In this document: in pieces, positions 9,911 through 19,351 of the stretch
How positions within the stretch are numbered: the first letter of the stretch is position 1
How the letters are laid out: every line of letters starts with the position of its first letter
Virus record (IMG/VR): IMGVR_UViG_3300032328_001191
Span: 1-29,839 of that record
Reading direction: 5' to 3' (one strand)
DNA length: 29,839 bases
DNA from: a virus
Taxonomy: Duplodnaviria; Caudoviricetes
The notes under the pieces: model-generated
Databases searched by the model: none
The model's input: only the letters and a program-made list of their open reading frames with translations
Told to the model about the DNA's origin: nothing
Translations under genes and position numbers: made by a program

Positions 9911-11184
9911 AGTACTAATCCCTCTGGTGAAATTTTCTTTTGTTGACCTTTATTTTCAAACACCAAGTTTTTCTTGTTTGTTTTTCCGATAAAAGTATAG
10001 TTATAATTTTCTTCCAAGAATTTCTTAGCAGCTAATTCTTGTTCAATTGTTTCAGTCATTTTGATAACTGAATTCATTGCTTTATTAACTTTAGATTTAA
10101 TTCTTAATTTTTTATCCGCTCTTCTTTCAGCAGATTCTCTAATCTCTTGTTTTGTTATTTCAAAATACTTTGAAATTACTTTATCAACTTTAGATTCTTT
10201 GAAGATACTATCCATGATTGCTCCGTTACCTGGTTCCATCCCTGTCATATCTTCTCCCCCTTCAACTGGAACATCCATATTAGCTTGAATATCTTCGACT
10301 TCAGTATCATCAGTAAAATCTTGACCATCCATATCATCTCCACCTAAGTTTTCAGTATCTTCTTCAAATTTAGATAAGATATCTTCTTTATCTTCTTCAG
10401 ACAAATTAGTTAATTCCAAAGAAGATAAAACCATATTAATAACATATTTGATATTTTCAGAAGTCATTCCTTCTTCATTATCTAATACTCTAATTTTTTG
10501 AGTTAACTTACCTGTTAATTTTTGAATTGTTTTGAAAGTAACTTGGTCTTCTTGACCAGCACCCATTTCTGCATTCATATCAACGTCCATATCTTCACCG
10601 CCCATTTCAGCGTTCACATCAACGTTCATATCTTCACCACCTTGTTCCATTCCCATATCAGCACCCATATCAGCACCCATATCAGCACCCATATCAGCAC
10701 CCATATCAGCACCCATATCAGGTGATGGAGGTAATTCTGGTGATGGAACCGCTGGTGGTTCTGCCGGTGGAGCCGCTGGAGCCATATCAGGAGCTGGTGC
10801 CGCCTTTGGTAATTTTAAGGTGAATTTTTTTTGTTCACCAAACAATGAAGTTTCTTCTTCATGTTCGTTAATTCTATTAACTTCTTTAGTTAATAGATTC
10901 AATCTTTTTAAAGCTTGAGAATATGAAGAATAGTATTTTCTATTTTTCATTGGCTCAATATAATCAGTTACAGATTCTGTAATATTTTTCTTAATGATGT
11001 AACCCATCTTTTCTTTAACGATTTGGTATTGATTACCATCTACAAGATTAATAGAATATTCTGAACGAGATGTTTCGTTAAGATTATTTGGAATTACTTC
11101 GTTAAAACGAGCGATTTCCATAATTCTTTTTATCTTATCTTGACCTTGAAGTTTTTCACTTCCTATTGGTTTTAAGTCTGCCAT
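9907..11184 (-). CDS. Acidic low-complexity protein, possibly head-associated (425 aa)
   Basis: Long ORF with a Pro/Ala tract, DMGA repeats and an acidic centre; in an operon with the terminase. Confidence 0.8.
   Translation of the reverse strand: MADLKPIGSEKLQGQDKIKRIMEIARFNEVIPNNLNETSRSEYSINLVDGNQYQIVKEKMGYIIKKNITESVTDYIEPMKNRKYYSSYSQALKRLNLLTKEVNRINEHEEETSLFGEQKKFTLKLPKAAPAPDMAPAAPPAEPPAVPSPELPPSPDMGADMGADMGADMGADMGADMGMEQGGEDMNVDVNAEMGGEDMDVDMNAEMGAGQEDQVTFKTIQKLTGKLTQKIRVLDNEEGMTSENIKYVINMVLSSLELTNLSEEDKEDILSKFEEDTENLGGDDMDGQDFTDDTEVEDIQANMDVPVEGGEDMTGMEPGNGAIMDSIFKESKVDKVISKYFEITKQEIRESAERRADKKLRIKSKVNKAMNSVIKMTETIEQELAAKKFLEENYNYTFIGKTNKKNLVFENKGQQKKISPEGLVL
10652..10721 (-). repeat. 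12-nt coding tandem repeat (about 5.8 copies) encoding DMGA
   Basis: cccatatcagca x5 followed by cccatatcag. Confidence 0.95.
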
Positions 11185-11204
11185 ATTATTAGTATTGATT
11201 TGTT

Positions 11205-12050
11205 TTAATTATTTAACCCGTATTGTCCCCCTAAAGAGATTGCGTTTAATTGAACTACCTGTATTGTTTCTCCATTATTTTTATCTGAAACATATAATGC
11301 GTAAGGGACTGTTGTACCTGACGATAATGTTCCTCCACTAAATGAACCCAACATTCCTGCAGTGTATTCATAAAATTCATTCACTGAAATACCACTATAG
11401 AATGGAGTAGGAGTTGGTGTTGGTGTTTTTGTCGGAGTTGGATTTGGTGTTCCTGTTTGAGTTGGAGTTTGAGTTTTTGTAACAGTTGGTGTTGGTGTTA
11501 CTCCCGCTGTTCCCGTTTGTGTTGTAGTTACGCTTGGTGTTGGTGTTTTAGTTGGGGTTACGTTTGGTGTTCTCGTTTGTGTTGTAGTTACGCTTGGTGT
11601 TGGAGTTTTAGTTGGAGATACGCTTGGTGTGTTAGTTGGTGTTTTAGTTAAAGTATTTGTTGGTGTTTGAGTTTGTGTTGCAGTATTTGTTGGTGTTTGA
11701 GTTGGAGTTTTTGTTTGAGTTGTTGTTACACTTGGTGTTGGAGTTTTAGTTGTTGTTACACTTGGTGTTGGAGTTTTAGTTGGAGTTGTGGTAACTGTTG
11801 GTGTTGGAGTTACAACCGCTAAACAAGTAACACAGTCTCCATAATTTGAAGACATATAACTCACTAAATCAATCCCGTCCCCAATTTCAGCAGTATCTAA
11901 AATCTCATAACAACCTTCAACGGTTGCGCCTGTAAATCTTAAAAAGTAGTTTCCACCAACAATTGGTGAACTAACACTAGTATTAAAATCAACATTTATC
12001 GCTGGTCCTCCACCAGTACAAGGTTGTATAAGATAAGTTACTAAGGCCAT
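11205..12050 (-). CDS. Thr/Pro-rich (mucin-like linker) putative virion protein
   Basis: Cys-containing N-terminal domain (GCYEI...YGDCVTC) followed by about 140 aa of [14 protein letters not shown] repeats. Confidence 0.75.
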   Translation of the reverse strand: MALVTYLIQPCTGGGPAINVDFNTSVSSPIVGGNYFLRFTGATVEGCYEILDTAEIGDGIDLVSYMSSNYGDCVTCLAVVTPTPTVTTTPTKTPTPSVTTTKTPTPSVTTTQTKTPTQTPTNTATQTQTPTNTLTKTPTNTPSVSPTKTPTPSVTTTQTRTPNVTPTKTPTPSVTTTQTGTAGVTPTPTVTKTQTPTQTGTPNPTPTKTPTPTPTPFYSGISVNEFYEYTAGMLGSFSGGTLSSGTTVPYALYVSDKNNGETIQVVQLNAISLGGQYGLNN

Positions 12051-12086
12051 TTAATTTTTTCTTTATAAATATACGTTTCCACTCAA

Positions 12087-12839
12087 TTATTTATGATTTT
12101 CTTCAATTTTAGTCTCTATCGACAATTCTTTATCTTTGATTTTTGTTTTTTCGTCAAAAAGTTTACCAATATGTCCAGACCTTCTCAAATATTTAAAAAC
12201 CAAATTCTCGTAAGAAAATTCTCCATCTTTATCTAAACCTGACTGTCTGTAGTCTTTCAGTTTATCTTTCAATTTTTTTAATGTTTCAACATTCCCTTCA
12301 GATTTTGCATCTTCTATTGCGTCATCAATCTTATCTGTCCAACTTTTAATTTTGGTTTTTAAAACGGACATATCTAAATTTTTATGGGTTTTTGTTGGCC
12401 TATGAATCCATTCATCATTCATTACAGAATAAACACCATCACTATGTGCCTCATCCGAAGCTCCTTGAGCATAAACCTCAACATCATATCCAAAAATTTT
12501 AATATTATGTTTGTCGTTGAATAGTTTCTTTTTTAAATCGAAAAGTTCTTTGTATAATTCTTCTTGCTTTCCATATCTTTCAAAATCAACAATTACGTGT
12601 AAATCAAAATCAGAATATTCCGACCAATTAAAGTTTGCTAATGACCCCATTAGATAAATTTCCTCAACAAATATATCTTCACCTAAATCATCGATAAATT
12701 CTTCAGCGATACGCATAAGAGCTTTTCTAACCTTTGGAATCAAAGTTGCATTTTTTGGGTCTTCAGGAGTTTCCCAAACTTTTGGATTAAGGGTTTCTTT
12801 GACTGAAAAACTATCAAGTATTTTTTGTGAATTACTCAT
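12087..12839 (-). CDS. Pol-beta superfamily nucleotidyltransferase
   Basis: LMGSLANFNWSEYSDFDLHVI (GS...DxD), a third acidic residue in DVEVY, and a helical C-terminal domain. Confidence 0.85.
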   Translation of the reverse strand: MSNSQKILDSFSVKETLNPKVWETPEDPKNATLIPKVRKALMRIAEEFIDDLGEDIFVEEIYLMGSLANFNWSEYSDFDLHVIVDFERYGKQEELYKELFDLKKKLFNDKHNIKIFGYDVEVYAQGASDEAHSDGVYSVMNDEWIHRPTKTHKNLDMSVLKTKIKSWTDKIDDAIEDAKSEGNVETLKKLKDKLKDYRQSGLDKDGEFSYENLVFKYLRRSGHIGKLFDEKTKIKDKELSIETKIEENHK

Positions 12840-12861
12840 CCTTAATAAATACTACAATAAC

Positions 12862-13104
12862 CTATAGTTTTTTGTATTGATACTTTTTTGCAATATCTGT
12901 TGTGAAATATTTACCTTGTGATTCGGCCAATCTGAATCTTGTGTAGATTTGATGAGGTACTTCTGAATATTCGTATTTAGTTTTATTAATAAATTCAACA
13001 ACTAATTTTTTAGTGTCCGTATTATATTCTGTCTTTGTGATGTTAGAAGATTTAACTTCATTAATAATCGTCGTTCCCGATATTATCTCTTTCGTTATCG
13101 CCAT
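12862..13104 (-). CDS. KTSC domain protein
   Basis: VKSSNI..TEYN....LVVEF....YEYSEVP..IY..F..AESQGKYF matches the KTSC consensus. Confidence 0.88.
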   Translation of the reverse strand: MAITKEIISGTTIINEVKSSNITKTEYNTDTKKLVVEFINKTKYEYSEVPHQIYTRFRLAESQGKYFTTDIAKKYQYKKL

Positions 13105-13396
13105 TTTCTTTAAGTGGGGTTATTTCATCAATTTTATTTAACAACGGCTTAATGTAATCAGTCAACTCACCCTGATGTATTTCGAAACCATAATCCTTAA
13201 TTTGTTTAAATAAAGCATTTTTCTTAATAATAAACCTCTCACGTAATCCCATCATCTTATTCGTAGGACGCACAACCCTTTCCAATTCTTCTTGACTAAA
13301 TCCCTCCTCTTGTAAATGAGTTCTGAGCTCAAGATAATTGTCCAAAAGTTCTCTGAGTAATGACGAGTGACTTAAAAATTTTTCAAACGGTTTCAT
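13061..13396 (-). CDS. Hypothetical protein (111 aa)
   Basis: ORF preceded by TATTTAT (13404-13410); overlaps the KTSC start by 44 nt. Confidence 0.65.
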   Translation of the reverse strand: MKPFEKFLSHSSLLRELLDNYLELRTHLQEEGFSQEELERVVRPTNKMMGLRERFIIKKNALFKQIKDYGFEIHQGELTDYIKPLLNKIDEITPLKENGDNERDNIGNDDY

Positions 13397-13415
13397 ACTT
13401 ATAATAAATAGAGTT

Positions 13416-13961
13416 ATGGACGAAAAAGAAAAATTTCATTTCCGAGGTAATGTTAATATTAATAACTTACTTGAAATTTATAATCAAAACGAATTAGACT
13501 GGGATTCATTTGAATTTAGACAACAAACATTTATGTGTTTTGCAGATACCAAAACATTACCTATTATTTTTGATGAAACTTTTGAGTTTAAAGAAAAAAA
13601 AGTAAGTGAAAATTTTCCAATTTTTGAATCTGAAATTTCATCAATCCAAGAACAATTAAAATTAATTCTAAATCAAGATGGTGAGATTATATCTTTCATG
13701 TTTGTAAACTTACCTTCAAAGAAACAAGTAATGCCTCATGTTGATTGGTTACCATTCGCATCCAAATTTGATAGATTCCACATCCCTGTTATTACAAATG
13801 ATGATTGTATTTTTACTGTTGGAGATGAATCGAAAAATCTTAAAGTGGGCGAATTGTGGGAAATCAATAATGATAAATTTATTCACTCAGTTTATAATGG
13901 TGGTGAAACAGATAGAGTACACATCATAATGGATTGGAAAAGAAAAACCCCCACCGATTAA
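13416..13961 (+). CDS. Aspartyl/asparaginyl beta-hydroxylase-like 2OG-Fe(II) oxygenase
   Basis: PHVD (HxD), RFHIPVITN, GELWEINN and HSVYNGGETDRVHIIMD. Confidence 0.85.
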   Translation: MDEKEKFHFRGNVNINNLLEIYNQNELDWDSFEFRQQTFMCFADTKTLPIIFDETFEFKEKKVSENFPIFESEISSIQEQLKLILNQDGEIISFMFVNLPSKKQVMPHVDWLPFASKFDRFHIPVITNDDCIFTVGDESKNLKVGELWEINNDKFIHSVYNGGETDRVHIIMDWKRKTPTD

Positions 13962-13977
13962 GTGAGGGTTATTTTTT
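13944..13977. terminator. Bidirectional terminator between convergent genes
   Basis: aaaaACCCCCAC-cgattaa-GTGAGGGTtattttt imperfect hairpin. Confidence 0.6.
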
Positions 13978-14362
13978 AAAGGAGACTTATTCTCTTCTTT
14001 TCTTGTTTTTTGAAGTTTGGAACAAATACGGTTAAAAGACCGTCTTCTATTGTTGCCTCTACTGAGTTAGGGTTATAACCTTCACCAATATTAAATTTCT
14101 TTGATATTGATTTGGTTCTTGATTCTCCCTCCATTTTATATGTTCTTTCTCCTTCAATGTGTAAAGTACCATTTTCCATTTCTACTTTTAAGTTTGATTT
14201 ATTAAATCCTGGTGCTTCAAAGAAAAGGTAAGCTCCGTCATTGGTGTAATCAATGTCGTATTTCTCGTCAGTATCTTTTACTGATGTTTTTTTATAATAC
14301 TGATAAGTTGGTGTGTCCCCAAAGAACTTTTCAAATAATTCATTTGCATTTCTGTAAATCAT
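13976..14362 (-). CDS. Small heat shock protein (Hsp20/alpha-crystallin)
   Basis: EAPGFNKSNLKVEMENGTLHIEGER and VEATIEDGLLTVFVP. Confidence 0.92.
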   Translation of the reverse strand: MIYRNANELFEKFFGDTPTYQYYKKTSVKDTDEKYDIDYTNDGAYLFFEAPGFNKSNLKVEMENGTLHIEGERTYKMEGESRTKSISKKFNIGEGYNPNSVEATIEDGLLTVFVPNFKKQEKKRISLL

Positions 14363-14430
14363 AATTGTTTTGTTTTTTTTAAATTTATTTTATTATCTTC
14401 ACATAATCAACTTATATGCCACCCCAAGTA

Positions 14431-14507
14431 GACTGAAATTTTTTCAGTCCTTAAAATACAAAAAAGACAATATGTCAGTCAAAATAATAATTTCTGTCAA
14501 TTTGACA
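14431..14507. promoter_or_regulatory. Cluster of three related inverted repeats between divergent hsp20 and clpC
   Basis: GACTGAAA-ttt-TTTCAGTC (14431-14449), AGACA-ata-TGTCA (14465-14477) and TGTCA-att-TGACA (14495-14507). Confidence 0.5.
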
Positions 14508-14512
14508 ATATA

Positions 14513-14544
14513 TTTGGTGGTGTCTAATTTTTGATACATCTTTG
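14513..14544 (+). promoter_or_regulatory. Bacteroidota-type housekeeping promoter for clpC
   Basis: TTTG(14513)-N20-CATCTTTG(14537); one mismatch to the TAnnTTTG consensus. Confidence 0.6.
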
Positions 14545-14560
14545 TAAAAATTATTTAACT

Positions 14561-16573
14561 ATGAATGACTTAATGGACGACGACGACAAAATGATGAGTA
14601 AGAAACAAAAACAATCCGACAGTTCTACACCAGTTTTAGACAACTTCAGTAGAGACCTAAACAAACTTGCTGAAGATGGTAAATTAGACCCTGTTATTGG
14701 CAGAGACCGAGAAATCATAAGAATTGCTCAGATTCTATCTCGTAGAAAAAAGAATAACCCTATCATAATTGGTGAACCTGGTTGTGGTAAGACAGCAATC
14801 GTAGAAGGTTTGGCAATGAAAATCGTAAGTGGTGAATGTCCAAAAAATCTTCTAGATAAAAGAATTGTAAACCTTGATTTGACTTCAGTAGTTGCTGGTA
14901 CAAAATACCGTGGACAATTTGAAGAAAGAATGAAGGTGATTATTGAAGAACTTCAGGCAAATCCTAATATCATCGTATTCATTGATGAAATTCATACCCT
15001 TGTTGGTTCAGGTAACTCTTCGGGTTCTATGGATGGTTCCAACATTTTCAAACCGGCATTATCTCGTGGTGAACTTCAATGTATTGGAGCAACCACTTTG
15101 GATGAGTTCCGTAAAAGCATTGAGAAAGACGGAGCATTAGAGCGTAGATTCCAAAAGGTAATTGTTGACCCGTCTTCAGTACAAGAGACAATCGAAATTC
15201 TAAAGAATGTTCGTGATAAGTATGAATCTTATCACAAAGTAACATACTCAGATGAGGTTATCGAGACTTGTGTTAAGTTGGCGGACAGATATATCACCGA
15301 CCGTGAGTTCCCTGATAAAGCATTTGATATTATGGATGAAGTTGGAGCTCGTATGCAAACAGAAGTTAAAATCCCTGAATCTATTGAGGTATTGAAGAAG
15401 GCTGCTGCTGACATCAAACAACAAAAGTTGGATGTGGTAAAAAAACAAAACTACGAGCAAGCTGCCGAGTTACGTGACAAGGAAAAGAAAGTCTTAACCA
15501 AACTTGAGAATGAAAAATCCAAGTTTGAAGAACAACAATCGAAAGACAAGAAATTAATTTCTGTTGAAAACGTTTATGATGTTGTCTCTAACATGACTAA
15601 AATCCCTGTAAACAAAATGAGCCTTGATGATGCGAAGGCATTAATCAACTTGGACAAGGAATTAGTTGGTAAGGTTATCGGTCAAGATGCCGCTGTTATC
15701 AAGATTGCAAAATCAATCAAGAGAAACCGTTTAGGTATCAAGGACCCAAATCGTCCAATCGGTTCATTTGTGTTCTTAGGTTCAACAGGTGTTGGTAAGA
15801 CACACTTGGCCAAACAATTAGCAAAAGAAATGTTTGGCTCCGAAGATTCACTTATCCGTGTGGATATGTCTGAATACCAAGAGAAACATAGTGTTTCCAA
15901 ATTGGTGGGAGCTCCTCCAGGTTATGTTGGATACGAAGAAGGTGGACAATTAACCGAGAAGGTTAAGAACAAACCGTATTCCGTAATCTTATTTGATGAG
16001 GTGGAAAAAGCTCACAAAGATGTATTCACCATCTTACTTCAAATCTTAGATGATGGTTACGCAACCGATAGTTTAGGTAGAAAGATTAACTTCAAAAATA
16101 CCTTAATCATCTTAACCTCAAACTTGGGTGTTAAGAAATTACAAGACTTCGGTACAGGTATTGGTTTCTCAAACAACACCTACGCTAACGAAGAAGCTAA
16201 GAAACAAGTATTAATGAAGGAAATGAAGAACTTCTTCTCTCCTGAGTTCTTGAACCGTATTGATGATACTATCGTGTTTAATTCATTAACACCTGAGGAC
16301 ATCAAGAAAATCACCGATATCGAATTAAAGAAATTGGTAAACCGTTTAAGTGATATCAAATATAAAATCGTTTACGACGATACTTTGGTTGAATACTTGG
16401 CTAAGGTTGGATATGATGAAATGTATGGAGCAAGACCTCTTAAGAGAGCAATCCAAGACAAAGTTGAAGATTTATTATCTGAAGAAGTTCTTACAGGTAA
16501 GATGGTTGAAGGTAAAACTTACAACATCAAAGTCGACAACGACGAGATTAAAATCCTTAAAAAAGGAAAGTAG
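14561..16573 (+). CDS. clpC: ClpC-like Hsp100 AAA+ ATPase lacking the N-terminal repeat domain
   Basis: Two Walker A motifs ([16 protein letters not shown]), Walker B motifs IVFIDE and [13 protein letters not shown]-type linker [15 protein letters not shown] ClpP-docking loop and YGARPL. ATG at 14561 lies just downstream of the promoter. Confidence 0.92.
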   Translation: MNDLMDDDDKMMSKKQKQSDSSTPVLDNFSRDLNKLAEDGKLDPVIGRDREIIRIAQILSRRKKNNPIIIGEPGCGKTAIVEGLAMKIVSGECPKNLLDKRIVNLDLTSVVAGTKYRGQFEERMKVIIEELQANPNIIVFIDEIHTLVGSGNSSGSMDGSNIFKPALSRGELQCIGATTLDEFRKSIEKDGALERRFQKVIVDPSSVQETIEILKNVRDKYESYHKVTYSDEVIETCVKLADRYITDREFPDKAFDIMDEVGARMQTEVKIPESIEVLKKAAADIKQQKLDVVKKQNYEQAAELRDKEKKVLTKLENEKSKFEEQQSKDKKLISVENVYDVVSNMTKIPVNKMSLDDAKALINLDKELVGKVIGQDAAVIKIAKSIKRNRLGIKDPNRPIGSFVFLGSTGVGKTHLAKQLAKEMFGSEDSLIRVDMSEYQEKHSVSKLVGAPPGYVGYEEGGQLTEKVKNKPYSVILFDEVEKAHKDVFTILLQILDDGYATDSLGRKINFKNTLIILTSNLGVKKLQDFGTGIGFSNNTYANEEAKKQVLMKEMKNFFSPEFLNRIDDTIVFNSLTPEDIKKITDIELKKLVNRLSDIKYKIVYDDTLVEYLAKVGYDEMYGARPLKRAIQDKVEDLLSEEVLTGKMVEGKTYNIKVDNDEIKILKKGK

Positions 16574-16578
16574 AACAA

Positions 16579-16606
16579 AACCCTCACAGAAATGTGGGGG
16601 TTCTTT
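16579..16606 (+). terminator. Intrinsic terminator after clpC
   Basis: AACCCTCACA-gaaa-TGTGGGGGTT followed by cttt. Confidence 0.7.
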
Positions 16607-16619
16607 GTATTTATACATA

Positions 16620-17378
16620 ATGAGAGATTTAATTAAAAAAATTTTATCCGAAGAAATAGTATACGGCGGTTCTGTCGTTTGTGATAACTGTGGTTGGACT
16701 TGGCAACTCTCAGGTGCTGGTGATGACAAATATACTTGTCATAAATGTGGTTATGACAACACCCCAAAAAAATCAAATTTTGTACGATTATTAGACCACT
16801 TCAAAAATAATTTTCCTGAATCAGAAAAGGATAAAGTTAATGTTATTCAAAAATTTATTGAAGATTATATCAATTCAAATAATATAGTTGTAAAATTCTT
16901 ACATTCCTGTAAGACTGGTTATGCGGGAGTTAGGACAAAGGACCAAGTAATTATTTGTTCTCCAATGAATATGGGAACCATAGGAGATTTCCTGTATACA
17001 ATATTTCATGAAATAAGACACGAACATCAAATCCGTGACATAAAAATGGGTAATCCATTGGCTGAATATGATTTGGATGACTTTGAAAAGTTATACCAAA
17101 AGTATTGGGAGATGGAATTAGATGCTGATAAATTTGCAAAATATATGATTGCCGAACTAATAATTAAGTTAGACATACCAATAGATTTTGCAAAAAGGGA
17201 ATTTGGGTTATCACCTTATGTTAAGGAATATCCTTCTATGTCGAAAATGGTTGAAATGGTTTTACGCACACTTGTTAACGAAATAAAAGATATAAAAAAA
17301 TTGGGTGGTGAATTTACTGATATTCAGGACCACCCGATGGTCAAAAAACATTTGAAAGATTTGGAGGGATTCATTTAA
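16620..17378 (+). CDS. Zn-ribbon plus HExxH (zincin-like) metallopeptidase-like protein
   Basis: Start MRDLIKKILSEE follows TATTTAT (16608-16614); CDNC...CHKC ribbon; IFHEIRHEHQ with a downstream ELDAD. Confidence 0.75.
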   Translation: MRDLIKKILSEEIVYGGSVVCDNCGWTWQLSGAGDDKYTCHKCGYDNTPKKSNFVRLLDHFKNNFPESEKDKVNVIQKFIEDYINSNNIVVKFLHSCKTGYAGVRTKDQVIICSPMNMGTIGDFLYTIFHEIRHEHQIRDIKMGNPLAEYDLDDFEKLYQKYWEMELDADKFAKYMIAELIIKLDIPIDFAKREFGLSPYVKEYPSMSKMVEMVLRTLVNEIKDIKKLGGEFTDIQDHPMVKKHLKDLEGFI

Positions 17379-18217
17379 AATACTCTTCTACTTCTCCAAT
17401 CGTGTTGTACAGATTCTTTATAATGTAATTTATATCCAAGACTTTCAATCATTTGTCTACCCATTTCAATTCCGTTAAAAACGTCATCGATAACAACGTA
17501 TTCATTCGCAGTATGATAGTTATAATATCCAATCGAAAAATTAATACATTGGAAATCAAATTTCCCTCTTAAAGCATATACGTCAGTATAAGGGTGAACC
17601 ATATATTGCATATCTTCATTTACCATTCCTTCAGTTAAAACTTTATCAACCTTTTCAAAGAATTCAGAGTCTCTGTCAAATAAAACTTGTCCGAAACATT
17701 TTTCAGTAATCATCCAGTTTTCTGGCGCATCGAATTGAATTCCGTATCCAACGTTTGTAAAAAATTCTTCTTTAGCTTTCATTGAACCGTGACATCCCGT
17801 TTCTTCAGAAACAAAGAAAGCCGCTTTTAAATAAGGTAATTCTTTTAATAATGTTAAACAAGCAAAAACACCAGCTTTATCGTCACCACCAATACCTGTT
17901 GGTCGACCTAAATCATTATATGCTTTATAAGATAATTTTATTTCTCCCTGTGTGTTTGGTAACATTTCTTCACGAATGTTAATCGTATCGATGTTGTGTA
18001 CCGTGTCGGTGTGTGCGATTACACACGGAAAATAAAAGTCAGGAGCAATTGAAGAAGATTCTTGTTTAATCGCATAAACATTTTTATGCTCATCAACAAA
18101 GTGTTCAATATTGTTTTCGGTTAACCAACTAACAAGGTATTGAACCATTAAGTCCTCTTGATATGTTTTAGTTGGTACACTTAAAACTTGTTTAAGTAAT
18201 TCTAAATTTTGTGTCAT
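17375..18217 (-). CDS. M20/M28 family zinc peptidase
   Basis: IAHTDTV, GGDDKAG, SEETG, QFD and YHT metal-ligand motifs. Confidence 0.87.
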   Translation of the reverse strand: MTQNLELLKQVLSVPTKTYQEDLMVQYLVSWLTENNIEHFVDEHKNVYAIKQESSSIAPDFYFPCVIAHTDTVHNIDTINIREEMLPNTQGEIKLSYKAYNDLGRPTGIGGDDKAGVFACLTLLKELPYLKAAFFVSEETGCHGSMKAKEEFFTNVGYGIQFDAPENWMITEKCFGQVLFDRDSEFFEKVDKVLTEGMVNEDMQYMVHPYTDVYALRGKFDFQCINFSIGYYNYHTANEYVVIDDVFNGIEMGRQMIESLGYKLHYKESVQHDWRSRRVF

Positions 18218-18221
18218 ACCA

Positions 18222-18253
18222 CAAATATAAGAAAAAATTAGATTTCTTCCAAA
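18222..18253 (-). promoter_or_regulatory. Bacteroidota-type promoter abutting the peptidase start
   Basis: Minus-strand TTTG-N20-TATATTTG ending 4 nt before the ATG. Confidence 0.65.
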
Positions 18254-19278
18254 TTAAATAATGTTGGCTGATATAGTAGATGATAAAAATTTTCTTCACT
18301 TAATTTTAGACTTCTTTGTTGGAATGCTTTAGAAAGTTTAACGATGACCTTATTTGGATTTTTTTCAAAATTTTCAATATAAAATCTAACATCGTTCTTT
18401 TTTGGTAAATTATACCATCTACCAACCTCGAACTTTTGACTAACTCTATTTACCATATCAAGATAATCTTGAATGTTGAACTCCCCATCATATCCCTCCT
18501 CGATTTTTTCAATAATATCGTCTAATTTACGTTCGACGTAATTATTGAATGACTCACTGTCAAATTTTTCAGAATCTTGATATTCATAACTATTCTCATT
18601 CCATCCACCTATTGAATCTTTGTTTGTTGAAAAAATTTTAGGTAGTAATTTATAAATTGGAAGTTGTAATGAATTTTCCCTGATGTACCACATTATAAGA
18701 TTTCCAACAGTTGTTGTAAATTCGTCATTAGCCACATAAGTAAATCCAAAACTTTTAAAATAGTCATTCAATTCTTTATTAATACTTTCTTGAGCTACAG
18801 ATGTCATTTCCCTGTTTTTTTCGGTGAGATAGTCGTCAATAATATCTTGAGTTTCACTTTTAAATGAGATTAACAATTTTTGGGCAAATTCTGCCCTGAA
18901 TTCTTCATTTTCTAAATCAAATTTTTTGGGAAAAATGTATCTTGATATTTGTTTTAGTTTTTCAACATTATCTTCATTCAAGTCATAAAAAATAATATAC
19001 CCATTTTTAAAATCATCAGTAACGGTATACGAATCCATAAATTCATAATCTGAATAATATGAATTAATCATGTTTAAAAACCAAACATCGTCTTCACCTA
19101 AACCAACTACCTTCCAAAATTTATCATCATTAAAGCCTAATTTAATGACACTCATCCCACGGTTAGACCTGTCTTCTCTAACATGATAAATGTCAGGGTC
19201 AGAATCCTCTAATTCTGACTTGTCGATTTTACCTTTAACAAAATCCCTCAAAGCCATAAATGTGTCAAATGATGCCAT
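18238..19278 (-). CDS. Hypothetical acidic protein (346 aa)
   Basis: Long ORF preceded by TATTTAT (19286-19292). Confidence 0.8.
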   Translation of the reverse strand: MASFDTFMALRDFVKGKIDKSELEDSDPDIYHVREDRSNRGMSVIKLGFNDDKFWKVVGLGEDDVWFLNMINSYYSDYEFMDSYTVTDDFKNGYIIFYDLNEDNVEKLKQISRYIFPKKFDLENEEFRAEFAQKLLISFKSETQDIIDDYLTEKNREMTSVAQESINKELNDYFKSFGFTYVANDEFTTTVGNLIMWYIRENSLQLPIYKLLPKIFSTNKDSIGGWNENSYEYQDSEKFDSESFNNYVERKLDDIIEKIEEGYDGEFNIQDYLDMVNRVSQKFEVGRWYNLPKKNDVRFYIENFEKNPNKVIVKLSKAFQQRSLKLSEENFYHLLYQPTLFNLEEI

Positions 19279-19301
19279 ATTGTTTATAAATACAGTTTTA
19301 T

Positions 19302-19332
19302 TTTGGTTTTACAATATTTATCGTTATCTTTG
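19302..19332 (+). promoter_or_regulatory. Bacteroidota-type promoter of tmRNA with a nested TATTTAT motif
   Basis: TTTG(19302)-N19-TATCTTTG(19325); TATTTAT at 19315-19321. Confidence 0.7.
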
Positions 19333-19351
19333 TTTCAGTTCTTTAAAATAT

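Noticed and set aside
1967-11651. Short ORFs opposite or out of frame within head genes (e.g. 1967, 2420, 3773, 3990, 5217, 7456, 8322, 10061, 10522, 11457)
   Set aside because: Fully nested in well-supported genes, with no motifs or initiation signals.
14531-14560. TTG start extending clpC, or a missing N-domain caused by frameshift
   Set aside because: The extension runs through the promoter element, and only about 200 nt of regulatory DNA separates clpC from hsp20, leaving no room for an N-domain remnant.
16350-16619. N-terminal extension of ORF 16350..17378
   Set aside because: Overlaps clpC and crosses its terminator; ATG 16620 follows a TATTTAT motif.
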